Below are positions 54,072-63,281 of a stretch of DNA of 64,000 nucleotides, one piece after another (the stretch's first letter is position 1; each line of letters opens with the position of its first letter). Source of the stretch: Bdellovibrionales bacterium. GTDB taxonomy: Bacteria; Bdellovibrionota; Bdellovibrionia; Bdellovibrionales; Bdellovibrionaceae. The stretch is from assembly GCA_031370005.1 (NCBI GenBank), contig JANMPT010000077.1:32001-96000 (forward strand). Direction: 5' to 3'. The notes under the pieces were generated by a model. It worked only from the letters and a program-made list of their open reading frames with translations, ran no database searches and had not been told where the DNA came from. The translations under genes and the position numbers were made by a program.

Positions 54072-54154
54072 ATACCCAAGAATATACCCATAAACACCCA
54101 TAAAGTCCAAAAATATGGCTATTTATGGGTATATATGGGTGTAATTATGGGTAA
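54070..54154. repeat. 3+3 inverted array of YACCCA boxes
   Basis: TACCCAAG/TACCCATA/CACCCATA facing TATGGGTA/TATGGGTG/TATGGGTA with mirrored spacing. Confidence 0.8.
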
Positions 54155-54432
54155 GTGCTGGACAAAGGGCTTATTCCTACCGGCGCGTTTCCCGACAGAT
54201 AGAACAATCGTTTTTTAGGCTCTTCCCCTAGCTTTAACCACGATTGAACCAAAAAGCTCTCGGGCTTCGGTCCACCGTAGAAGCCAATCCAAACAAAACG
54301 AGACTGAGTTAAGGCTCGCTCTTTTCAAAATCGTTTTCTTTTCTCGCAAAGAAAGTGCCGTCAAAACGCCACACCCTTTGTCTTTTCGTTCTTCAGGTTC
54401 GGTTCTCCGCTCTCTCTTAACTCTCGAACTGT

Positions 54433-54820
54433 CTATTTTGAGAGAAACGAAATAACTTGCAAAAAAGAGTACTTCTTAAAATCGGCATCTCGAGTCCAGA
54501 CGCGCTTTACTTTATGTTGCCTTAAGCACAGTGCAATTCTGGCATCAAATACCTCATTGCCCTTTAAGCCTGGAACTTGTTTAGTTATTTCAGAAAGTTC
54601 TTTCCACCAATTTGTGTCTTCATCGAGAATTCTTATATCATAGGCATCAATGAGTTGCGAAAGCGCCTCGACAGCCTTTTCAATTTTCAGCGGTGAAGAG
54701 AAAACTTTAGAGTGGGTCAATAATCTGAGTACCTCGCTGATATTTGTGGGAGTTGTACAAAGCTCATCGTCCAGATTTTCTAATCCACTTGTTATTTCTT
54801 TATGATGTATCGAGTTTGTC
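54433..54820 (-). pseudogene. N-terminally truncated PIN-domain (VapC-like) toxin
   Basis: E.LRLLTH..VF..PL, GN.VFDARIA, TRDADF; first D-T-N strand and antitoxin absent. Confidence 0.7.
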
Positions 54821-54860
54821 TCTCGCCTTGATGAGAAACCCAAGGCCATGGGTTTAGCTT

Positions 54861-55766
54861 TTAAAGCCTTTTCAATGAAGCACAGGCTAGTATGGAAATG
54901 GACGCGCCATAACTTTCAGAAGACGTGGTAAAAGGAGATTTGGAGAGGTTGAAGTCAAGACCTCGGATAAATCCGACCTCCACATTGAGTAGGCCGATTT
55001 TTGACCCTTTCTCGGCATCAGGGCGAATTTTAGCTTTGATCCACTTCGTTGAGGTCTTAAGCCCGACACTTAGATAACTACGATACTTTATTTCAAAATA
55101 ATTTCTGAGACATGTACTTTTGCCAGATTCAAAAACTCCTACAATTTTAGTTCGAACCAAGCAGTAAAGTGTTTTTGCATTTTCGTCTTGAGCGGATTCA
55201 GCAATCAAATAAGGAAGTAAGTTTTGGGCACGAGCCCCTTTATATTTTCCACCGGAAAAAATAGCAGCCGTCAAGCTGTCCGGCTGAAACTTAACGGCAA
55301 TATTACTTTCTGAAAGAAGTTTCTGAAGGGCACCATACTCTTCAAACACTTTTTCAGCGTCACAAATTGCCAGAGTAATTTGTCTTAGATTCGGTCCAAT
55401 TGTTATTTGTTTGAAAAAACGCCCGTCGAGGGGACTCAACTCTTCAGAGTTCTCCGGTTGATAAAGGATAGAGTAATGGTTTGATACTATTTCACTTGAA
55501 TGCGCGATTAATATGACTTCCTCATAATCACCTTCAAGGCAGTCCTTTAATGAAAGCGGAGATCCTGATCTGTAGTGAAATTGTGGCGATTCACCTTCAT
55601 AGCCCATTTTTTTTAAAAGCTGAGATGCTTTTTCTTCAACAGCGACATTGAATTTTTCTTCTCTGATTAGTGAAGCTACACAGGTTTTCACACCTTCGGC
55701 AAATGCTTCAGGGATTTGCATCCCTGAAGCTAACAAAAAAGTAAAAAAGAAAAATCGTGAAAACAT
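54861..55766 (-). CDS. Exported hypothetical protein
   Basis: Signal peptide AFA-E, ILIAHS and LAIC motifs, beta-rich C-terminus. Confidence 0.65.
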   Translation of the reverse strand: MFSRFFFFTFLLASGMQIPEAFAEGVKTCVASLIREEKFNVAVEEKASQLLKKMGYEGESPQFHYRSGSPLSLKDCLEGDYEEVILIAHSSEIVSNHYSILYQPENSEELSPLDGRFFKQITIGPNLRQITLAICDAEKVFEEYGALQKLLSESNIAVKFQPDSLTAAIFSGGKYKGARAQNLLPYLIAESAQDENAKTLYCLVRTKIVGVFESGKSTCLRNYFEIKYRSYLSVGLKTSTKWIKAKIRPDAEKGSKIGLLNVEVGFIRGLDFNLSKSPFTTSSESYGASISILACASLKRL

Positions 55767-55771
55767 TTTTT

Positions 55772-56245
55772 TTATTCCGCCTGAATTCCAAAAGATGCCG
55801 CGATATAACCTGCAGTTAGTTCACTGACGCCGGTTCGATTCATGATCTCTTGAATGAGCTGTTGCTTTTGGCTATACTGTTCAAATTTAACAACGCTTTG
55901 AGGCTGTTCTTGAAGTCTAGCCAGGTCAGACTTAATCAGATTAGCCTCGTCCACTGTATAGATGCCTAAAGCAACTTTATCTTGCAAATCAGAATCATTA
56001 ATAGCTCTGACATCATTGACCTTCTCACCTAAAATTGTACCTATAGCTAAAAGAATGAATCCATTATGGGTATTTTTATTCGCTTTCAATTCAGCTGCAC
56101 CCACCATAGCAAAGGCGCCACCACCAAATGCCAGTCCAATACCGGCCCCAGGCACAGCAAATCCAATAATCATTGCACTTGCAGATTGTGGAACACTGGC
56201 GAACATCAAACCAGCCAATAAAACATACAGAATTTGTTTCTTCAT
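55772..56245 (-). CDS. Exported protein with Gly/Ala-rich hydrophobic segment
   Basis: GGAGAGG RBS, signal ASA-M, GAGIGLAFGGGAFAMVGAA. Confidence 0.7.
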   Translation of the reverse strand: MKKQILYVLLAGLMFASVPQSASAMIIGFAVPGAGIGLAFGGGAFAMVGAAELKANKNTHNGFILLAIGTILGEKVNDVRAINDSDLQDKVALGIYTVDEANLIKSDLARLQEQPQSVVKFEQYSQKQQLIQEIMNRTGVSELTAGYIAASFGIQAE

Positions 56246-56345
56246 ATTTCCTCTCCAATTATGGGTTAGATATTTTGTTAACTCAATTGTAGCTATATAC
56301 AGCATTTTGTATCACATCGCATTGCTATTTATGCATCTGCAAAAA

Positions 56346-56361
56346 TGCAATGCTTGTGCCA
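56346..56361 (-). promoter_or_regulatory. Sigma-54 (-24/-12) promoter
   Basis: TGGCAC-AAGCA-TTGCA on the minus strand, about 100 nt upstream of ATG 56245. Confidence 0.7.
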
Positions 56362-56503
56362 CTAAAATGTAATTGTTAAATTTACATTATAATTTTTTGG
56401 TTATTTGAATAACAGACTTGGGTTCCTTATAAACTAAGGCCGCCTCAAAAAATCGCCTATTGGCCAATAGATATCGACTCACTCATAAATTTCCCTTTTT
56501 TTG

Positions 56504-57265
56504 TCAATGAGATTTAGCAGCAGCTCTGTGTGGAAAAATAAATATGCAAGCTACAATGAACGCAAAGAGTGCCGCCGAAGCCGAGTATCGACTTAACTCA
56601 AGTCCCCCATGAGCACGCGGCTTGTCCAAAAAATCACCAAGTACAGCGCCCAATGGTCTAGTTAAGATAAACGCCAACCAAAAAAGAATAGTTCTAGAAA
56701 TTTTTGTCCAAAAATAAAGGCCCGTAACAATTGCCAATAATGCACCGAAGATGATAGCGCTGCCACTATAGCCAAAGCCCGCTGAATCTGCGGTCCAATC
56801 GCCCAATGCTGTTCCTAAGGTTTGCGAGAACATAATTGTGATCCAATAAAACAATTCTGATTTTGGATTGTTTATAGAGTTAACTGAAATTGAACCAAGG
56901 CTGCGATGCCAAATAAATAATGAGCCAATTAAAAGCGCCAAAAGTACAGACGAACCACCAGCATATCCAATACCCAGAGAGCGGTCGGCAAAATCCGCCA
57001 TTGTCGTACCGACTGTTGTTGTCGCAATGATTGTGGTCCAATAAATGACCGGATGAAAACGCGCGGCCTTGATTTGAATCACCACAGCCACTAAAAAAAC
57101 TGTCGCAAAAATTGCTGTTCCAACAAGGTAGCCTAAATCCATAGACATCGATACTGCATCCCCTGCCGTTTCCCCAAGAGTCGTGGCTGCAATTTTTATT
57201 ATCCAGAAAAGAAGCGTCAACTCAGGTACTTTACTTAAACCATCTTTAAGATTGCTATTTTTCAT
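56504..57265 (-). CDS. COG4705/DUF347 membrane protein
   Basis: SKVPE.T..FWIIKI.ATTLGET.GD, LGTALGD, FILTRPLGA. Confidence 0.88.
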   Translation of the reverse strand: MKNSNLKDGLSKVPELTLLFWIIKIAATTLGETAGDAVSMSMDLGYLVGTAIFATVFLVAVVIQIKAARFHPVIYWTTIIATTTVGTTMADFADRSLGIGYAGGSSVLLALLIGSLFIWHRSLGSISVNSINNPKSELFYWITIMFSQTLGTALGDWTADSAGFGYSGSAIIFGALLAIVTGLYFWTKISRTILFWLAFILTRPLGAVLGDFLDKPRAHGGLELSRYSASAALFAFIVACIFIFPHRAAAKSH

Positions 57266-57349
57266 ATTGCCCCCGAGATTTTACTAAATCCGTCCTAATC
57301 CTAAACACATCAGGTAAATGCATGAAGAGCATCAACTATATTACGAAAT

Positions 57350-57367
57350 GATGAACCGAAGATGAAC
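57350..57367 (-). promoter_or_regulatory. Direct repeat, OmpR-family-like operator
   Basis: GTTCATC-N4-GTTCATC, 11-bp period, about 85 nt upstream of the COG4705 start. Confidence 0.4.
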
Positions 57368-57416
57368 AGGCGGCAAGTTAACTCCACATGACACAAATGC
57401 GTCGTGTCTGACAATT

Positions 57417-58925
57417 CTATTTACGATATTGGCGCTGTCGAAATGCCGTAAATTGGTATCGACGATTTTTACCCTGCCCCTGAAACTGTAGACTGCCATG
57501 GTCAACAAAACTCATTAAAACGCGCAGAGCACTTCTTAAATTAATTCCAAGGATGCTCGCTGCCTCTTGTGTGGAAAACCACTTTGATTGAATTTTCGTT
57601 TTTAATTCATTTAAACGGAAGCTCTCCTTTGTAACCTCACTGTCTTTTGTCGATATCACTAAATGAATGGGTCTCAGTGGAAGCAGCGAAAGACTTTGAC
57701 GCTCACTACGAACTGATAATGGTATTTTTTGTTCAATGAACCATTCGGAAAGACGTTTTATAAGGTTGCGAATGCGATCGGGTGAGCTTTCCGGATCGAA
57801 GTATTCATTAACATACAGCTTTGAGAACGCCTCTCCTACAGATAAGGGTCGATAAAAATCTTTTGCTAATAGTATAAGAAGTCGATGAACCAAACTCCCC
57901 GATGGCAGTCGGTGCCTGCCGAAACTGCCCTTATCAATATGTAAAATCGGAGCATTGTTTCCAAAACTATCACCAAAGTCCACTTGAAATACCCCAGGCA
58001 GAGATGGTGGATCACTAAATCTTCGCTTCAAGACACTGCGATATCTTGTATAGGGAGTTCCCGCCATCAAAAATAAATAAAGCGCCTCATCATGAGTAAT
58101 TAGAGCTTGAAAGAAATCCATTTGGCGTACGCTTTCCCAGTCAGCCATGTCTTTAGCTTCTAATTTTAGAGTCCTGAGGTTTTTTATATATTCAGGCTCC
58201 TCAGGCTTTTGCATTAAGTTGCCAATGGCTTTCCATTTTTTCAAAAAAAATCGATAAGAGCCGACTTCATCTTTCAGAATTTTAGCTGCCAGCTCTAGTT
58301 GTTGATTGGCCTGCTGATATCTTTTTTGCGCCAAAGCGACCTGAGCAGAAAGCTCAAGTGAATTGGCATATAATAACCGATGGCCTTTAAATTTGCACTC
58401 TGCTCGAATATCTGAAAGCAAATCAAGTGCCGGCCCAAAAAGCTCTTCAGAGACAAATCCTGCCGCCAAGTTTAGTCTCCCTACAAGTCTTTGATAGTCG
58501 CTAATTGCAGTGGACTTTAAGTACTTCTTTAGCAAAGGCAGAGCCCCGGCATAGTTCCATTCTGAAAAAAAAGCATCAACCTGGAACATAATCACTTCCG
58601 GATTTTGTGCCCAGTTTAATTTGGAAAGAATCTCTAAGCCTTGTTTGCGACCGCCAACACGAATAAGAGCTCCCGCATAAAGCGCAAGCTCTTCTTCATT
58701 TGCTGCCGAATCAAGTAAATACTTAGATTGAACAATAGGAGCAAGAATTCTCAACGTAAGATAATTCATACGCGCACGTCGGGTCAATCGAGCAATTGCC
58801 GCAACCCATAGACGAGGAATCTCTTTGGGAACAATCTGCCAAAGCTGCCTGCGGGCAGCATTAATCTGCCCCTGTCGTATCGTCACATCAAGTTGAGTAA
58901 CTAACTCAGTCCATTTATCAGACAT
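57417..58925 (-). CDS. TPR-like helical repeat protein with C-terminal winged-helix domains, probable transcription regulator
   Basis: Ala/Leu helical repeats; OmpR-like RIRNLIKRL helix; terminal FSTQEAASILGINLRSALRVL...GQGKNRRY. Confidence 0.65.
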   Translation of the reverse strand: MSDKWTELVTQLDVTIRQGQINAARRQLWQIVPKEIPRLWVAAIARLTRRARMNYLTLRILAPIVQSKYLLDSAANEEELALYAGALIRVGGRKQGLEILSKLNWAQNPEVIMFQVDAFFSEWNYAGALPLLKKYLKSTAISDYQRLVGRLNLAAGFVSEELFGPALDLLSDIRAECKFKGHRLLYANSLELSAQVALAQKRYQQANQQLELAAKILKDEVGSYRFFLKKWKAIGNLMQKPEEPEYIKNLRTLKLEAKDMADWESVRQMDFFQALITHDEALYLFLMAGTPYTRYRSVLKRRFSDPPSLPGVFQVDFGDSFGNNAPILHIDKGSFGRHRLPSGSLVHRLLILLAKDFYRPLSVGEAFSKLYVNEYFDPESSPDRIRNLIKRLSEWFIEQKIPLSVRSERQSLSLLPLRPIHLVISTKDSEVTKESFRLNELKTKIQSKWFSTQEAASILGINLRSALRVLMSFVDHGSLQFQGQGKNRRYQFTAFRQRQYRK

Positions 58926-58931
58926 AATGTT

Positions 58932-58958
58932 TCATCGGCATCTAAACTAAGAATCTAA
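58932..58958 (-). promoter_or_regulatory. Putative sigma-28-type promoter, leaderless geometry
   Basis: TTAG-N15-GCCGATGA, 6 nt before ATG 58925, no SD. Confidence 0.5.
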
Positions 58959-59106
58959 ATATATTTTGGCATATATTTGAGCAGTCCCATAGTGATACGT
59001 TCCTATAAGTATTCAATATTGCTCAGAGCTCAATAATAATCACGACAAAAATCTCCGTGGGAAGCCCTGTTCATCTCCACTAGACTGAATTAAGTGGAGG
59101 TTTCAA

Positions 59107-60207
59107 GTGGGCAATATTATTAAAGCACTAGAGCTTTGCAAATGGGCACCTTCAGGGGGCAACACTCAGCCCTGGGCTATTGCAATTGAAGAGCTCACAG
59201 ATGATAGCTTAACTATAAACTTATCTCTATCAAAGCAATGCAAAAAAAACGACATACTAATGGAGGCCTACGGCGCAGGTGCCCTTTACTCTTTGGGCAC
59301 ACTTTCTCAGACTGTTAAAAAAATTCTATCTAAGCTGGGTTGGGAAATCAGCCAAGATCAGTTCTTTACTCAAGAAAGTGCATATGAATGCTGCGCAGTT
59401 TTAAAATTCGTTCAAACACAAAAACTTTCACCCGTATGGAGTGATATTGAAAATATGCTCCAGGACAGACGCAGCAATCGCAATCTTTACCTTCGCACTC
59501 CACTTGCTGAGCGGACAAAAAAAGATCTCTCAAACTTACTTAGTAAGTATCCAAAATTGAAATTAGATATACACGAAGCAACAAGAAATAAAGTTGCTGG
59601 CATACTGGCAAGGATTGAAACTATTCGCTGCCAAAATCAGCGTATGTCAAAAGAGTTCTTAAGCGAAATCCACTTTGCGCCTTCCCAAACTGGTTTGCCG
59701 TATAAAACCCTGAGCCAAGCATTTTGGTCCATAGCCATAATGAAGCTATGGAAAAAAGCCACTTGGCTTCGGTTTATATTTTTTGTCGGTGGGCAATGGA
59801 TCTTTAGATACATGGCAGTTGATCGACCAATCTATCACTCAAGTGCCCTAGTTACAATTCAGGCACAAGAGTTGGACCATGAATCCATTTACCAGGTTGG
59901 ACAATATCTATGCGATAGCTGGTTCTTACTCGGAGAACAGGCTTATGATGTTCAAGTCTTTGGTCTTCCTATTTTCTCCCTTCTATCTCTACTACATCCA
60001 AATGCCAAGCAGATCTTATCTGGCAAGGATCGAAACATCCTCCTCCAAACCCAGACTGAACTAAATAAATTAGGAATTGATATTACTAAACCTTGCTTGA
60101 TGTTTCGCTGCGGAATCGCCAAAAAAGAAGCCCTGCTAACACCGCGCAAACCATTAAATATTTCTGTTTTTAAAAACTCACAGCCGCAAATTCGGGAGCA
60201 AATATGA
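59107..60207 (+). CDS. Nitroreductase-fold oxidoreductase (two-lobed type)
   Basis: WAPSGGNTQPW and second-lobe RRSNRNLY; GGAGG before GTG. Confidence 0.75.
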   Translation: MGNIIKALELCKWAPSGGNTQPWAIAIEELTDDSLTINLSLSKQCKKNDILMEAYGAGALYSLGTLSQTVKKILSKLGWEISQDQFFTQESAYECCAVLKFVQTQKLSPVWSDIENMLQDRRSNRNLYLRTPLAERTKKDLSNLLSKYPKLKLDIHEATRNKVAGILARIETIRCQNQRMSKEFLSEIHFAPSQTGLPYKTLSQAFWSIAIMKLWKKATWLRFIFFVGGQWIFRYMAVDRPIYHSSALVTIQAQELDHESIYQVGQYLCDSWFLLGEQAYDVQVFGLPIFSLLSLLHPNAKQILSGKDRNILLQTQTELNKLGIDITKPCLMFRCGIAKKEALLTPRKPLNISVFKNSQPQIREQI

Positions 60208-61460
60208 AATCTTTGATTCGAAAACTATTCAGATTATTGCCTGAACAAAAAAGACTTCACCTGATTCGTCAGAATGTTCGTGTACCAGCAGGCTTAAATA
60301 ATATTGTGCTTAAACTCGCTACAACCAAGGATGAACTGGAACAAGCTTACTGCTTACTCCATGACTCTTATGTTGGACAAAGCTTAATGGATCCACATCC
60401 CTCAGGAATGAGATTCAATATCTGGTCAGCATTGCCATATACAAGTGTTATCGTCGCTAAAATTGAGAACAAAGTGGTTGGGACAGTCTCTTTGATCAAA
60501 GACTCTCCTATTGGCTTTCCCTCTGATAAGATATACCAGGAGGAAAACAATGCGCACCGAAAAAACAGAAGACGCATGGTAGAGGTCTCAGCATTTGCAG
60601 TAGACCCCATGTTTCGGCAAGACGGACACAAGATAAGTCTCTATTTGATGAAATATCTCTATCAATATTCACAAAACTATCTGAATGCAGATATGCTTTG
60701 TGCTACAATTCGTAAGCATGTTTTAGATTTTTATAAAGCTTTGTTTTCTTTTGAGCAAAATGGAAAAGCTGTTCGCTATGATTTTGTGAAAGGAACTCTC
60801 GCAGTACAGATCTCTTTGGATCTTACATGCGAAAATATCGAAAAAATCCAAAACATGTACTCAAAATATCCCGCAAAATCCAATATTTATAATTTCTGTG
60901 TTACTCCTGAGACTCAAGCAGCATTTGAATTCCCAAAACAATTAAAAGAGATCTCAATGAATCCCGTAATGACCCCTCTGTTGTTGGATTACTTTTTAGT
61001 AAAAAAGACCGGGCTTTACCGCGAACTCAGTCCACGCATGCTTGAGCTTGTACACAGCGCCTACAGCAATCACCCCGATCTAGCAAATACTCTGCCTAAG
61101 CTGCAACATGTGGATTATACCAATCGACCTAACTTTCGCTATTTAACAAATGTTCGAGCTGTTTTTATGGCAAAGAATATTTCCGTGATAGGTACAATTT
61201 TAGATCTCTCTACTGATGGAGCTTTTTTTGCTGCCGGCACCGAGCTACCAAATGAAGCTGAGGGCCAAATAATCTTTACCATTCAAGGTCAAAAGTATCA
61301 AATTCCCTGCTCAATAATTTGGATGAATCGCGGAAATACCTTAAGATATCCAACTGGACTCGGCATAAAATTTGAAAAGTCTGTACCCTTTCTTAATGAG
61401 TTGTTTCAGAAAACAAATATGAATCTGGACCCTCAACGTAGAGTGCTCCGGGCAGGGTGA
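60204..61460 (+). CDS. FeeM-like N-acyl amino acid synthase (GNAT) fused to PilZ
   Basis: ELEQAYCLLHDSY, VVGTVSLIKDSPIGFP, VEVSAFAVD; C-terminal RPNFR...DLSTDG...GLGIKF. Confidence 0.78.
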   Translation: MKSLIRKLFRLLPEQKRLHLIRQNVRVPAGLNNIVLKLATTKDELEQAYCLLHDSYVGQSLMDPHPSGMRFNIWSALPYTSVIVAKIENKVVGTVSLIKDSPIGFPSDKIYQEENNAHRKNRRRMVEVSAFAVDPMFRQDGHKISLYLMKYLYQYSQNYLNADMLCATIRKHVLDFYKALFSFEQNGKAVRYDFVKGTLAVQISLDLTCENIEKIQNMYSKYPAKSNIYNFCVTPETQAAFEFPKQLKEISMNPVMTPLLLDYFLVKKTGLYRELSPRMLELVHSAYSNHPDLANTLPKLQHVDYTNRPNFRYLTNVRAVFMAKNISVIGTILDLSTDGAFFAAGTELPNEAEGQIIFTIQGQKYQIPCSIIWMNRGNTLRYPTGLGIKFEKSVPFLNELFQKTNMNLDPQRRVLRAG

Positions 61461-61582
61461 GCAGAGCTCAGCCGGTTCATTAACTTTTTTGATTTTTTTA
61501 AGAAGAAATCGTTAAGTTATATAGCTTAATTGAAGAAAAGATAACTGGAATTTTACACTGGCTACTTATATAACCAGAAATA

Positions 61583-62821
61583 ATGAAAAGTGAATTATGC
61601 GTTCTTATCGTAGAAGACTCCAGTGATGATGCTCAATTAATTATTCACGATCTTAAGCGTAAGGGTTTTACAATTACCTGGGAACGTGTCCAGTCGGCAC
61701 AAGAGCTGCGAACAGCCTTGAATCACAGGACTTGGGATATTGTTCTGTCTGACTACTCAATGCCTCAATTCAATGCTATTGATGCTCTGAAAATTATCAA
61801 AGAGACTGACCCCGATCTTCCTTGTATCATTATCTCCGGGACGATTGGTGAAGAGACCGCTGTTACCGCTATGCAAGCGGGAGCACAAGATTTTTTTGTA
61901 AAAGGGCGTTTGGCGAGACTAAGCTCCGCGATCCAGCGGCAATTAACTGAAGCTGAAAATATCCGTAAGCGTCGGAAAGCCGAACGTGACCTTCGAGCCA
62001 GTGAGCAGCGTTTAGCTAAGGAGCGTGAAAAGGCACTCGAACAAGAAAGAGCAGCTCGTGAAAAAATTGAAAGCCTATACCTTGAAGCACAAGAGGCCAA
62101 TCGACTTAAAGAAGAATTTCTAACCAACCTCTCCCATGAGCTGCGCACTCCGATGGTCGCTATTACTGGCTGGGCTGAATTGCTTGCCAAGGGCGAGTGT
62201 AGTGCTGATGATTACCCAGTCGCTTTTTCGGCCATTTACCGAAGTGCGAAAGTACAAAATAAACTAATCAATGATCTTATCGATCTATCACGAATCATCA
62301 CCGGCAAATTCAACATTGAAAAGAAGCCTGTCGATATGGAGATTCTCGCACGAACTGTGTTAGAATCTTTTCGCCCTGCCGCCGAAGCCAAGAGCCTTGA
62401 ATTAAAAATCCTCAGCACTGCGCCTGTTGATGGCTTTGTTGCTGGTGACCAGGAGTCTCTTCAGCGTGTCCTCAGTAACTTGCTTGAAAATGCCATCAAG
62501 TTCACACCCATTGGAGGACGCATTCTTCTCGAAATACGATACGCCGGAACCACAGTTGAGCTCAGTGTCAATGATACGGGGGAAGGCATTGCTCCGGTAT
62601 TTTTACCTCATATTTTCAATCTTTTTCGCCAAGCAAATGGCAGCCTGACCCGTCCCCATGGCGGCTTGGGCCTTGGGCTTGCCATCGTTCGCTATTTGAC
62701 CGAACTCCATGGTGGACAAGTCGAAGCTAAGAGCGAGGGTCTTGGCAAGGGCGCAAAATTAGTAGTGAGACTTCCTTGGATAACTAAAAGAGAGTTCGCT
62801 ATTGGAGCTGCGCCTGGCTAA
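61583..62821 (+). CDS. REC-HisKA-HATPase hybrid kinase
   Basis: VEDS.DD, SDYSMP, SHELRTP, NAIKFT, DTGEG, GLGLGL. Confidence 0.9.
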   Translation: MKSELCVLIVEDSSDDAQLIIHDLKRKGFTITWERVQSAQELRTALNHRTWDIVLSDYSMPQFNAIDALKIIKETDPDLPCIIISGTIGEETAVTAMQAGAQDFFVKGRLARLSSAIQRQLTEAENIRKRRKAERDLRASEQRLAKEREKALEQERAAREKIESLYLEAQEANRLKEEFLTNLSHELRTPMVAITGWAELLAKGECSADDYPVAFSAIYRSAKVQNKLINDLIDLSRIITGKFNIEKKPVDMEILARTVLESFRPAAEAKSLELKILSTAPVDGFVAGDQESLQRVLSNLLENAIKFTPIGGRILLEIRYAGTTVELSVNDTGEGIAPVFLPHIFNLFRQANGSLTRPHGGLGLGLAIVRYLTELHGGQVEAKSEGLGKGAKLVVRLPWITKREFAIGAAPG

Positions 62822-62825
62822 TTTT

Positions 62826-63281
62826 TTATTGTTGCAATATAGGCGGCTGATTGAGCAGCAACCAATAAAGACCCAATTGTTTTACTGCATCCATGAATTT
62901 GTCAAAATCCACGGGTTTTACAATATAACTATTCACTCCTAGTTGGTAACTTTCTACGACATCGCGCTCTTCACGAGATGATGTCATAATCACTACGGGA
63001 ATTGATCTCAGGAGCATATCACCTTTGATCCGCTTGAGAACTTCAAGGCCGTCCACTTTGGGAAGCTTAAGATCAAGAAGAATCAAACGGGGTTTTTTAT
63101 TTATTTTCCCAACATGAAGCCCAGTGCAAAAAAGAAAATCCAAAGCTTCCGCGCCATCTCGTGCAACGTGAATCTCGTTCTTTAAGTTGTGCTGTTTAAA
63201 GGCATGAAGTGCTAGCCTGACATCGTCAGGGTTATCTTCAATGAGAAGCACTTCAATAGGCTCATCTGTAAGTACCGTCAT
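62826..63281 (-). CDS. Single-domain response regulator (Rcp1-like)
   Basis: IEDNPDD, LLDLKLPKVDG, TSSREE, NSYIVKP. Confidence 0.92.
   Translation of the reverse strand: MTVLTDEPIEVLLIEDNPDDVRLALHAFKQHNLKNEIHVARDGAEALDFLFCTGLHVGKINKKPRLILLDLKLPKVDGLEVLKRIKGDMLLRSIPVVIMTSSREERDVVESYQLGVNSYIVKPVDFDKFMDAVKQLGLYWLLLNQPPILQQ

Noticed and set aside
54072..54110. Upstream TTG start for Fic (MDFMGVYGYILGY)
   Set aside because: The extension is simply the translated repeat array
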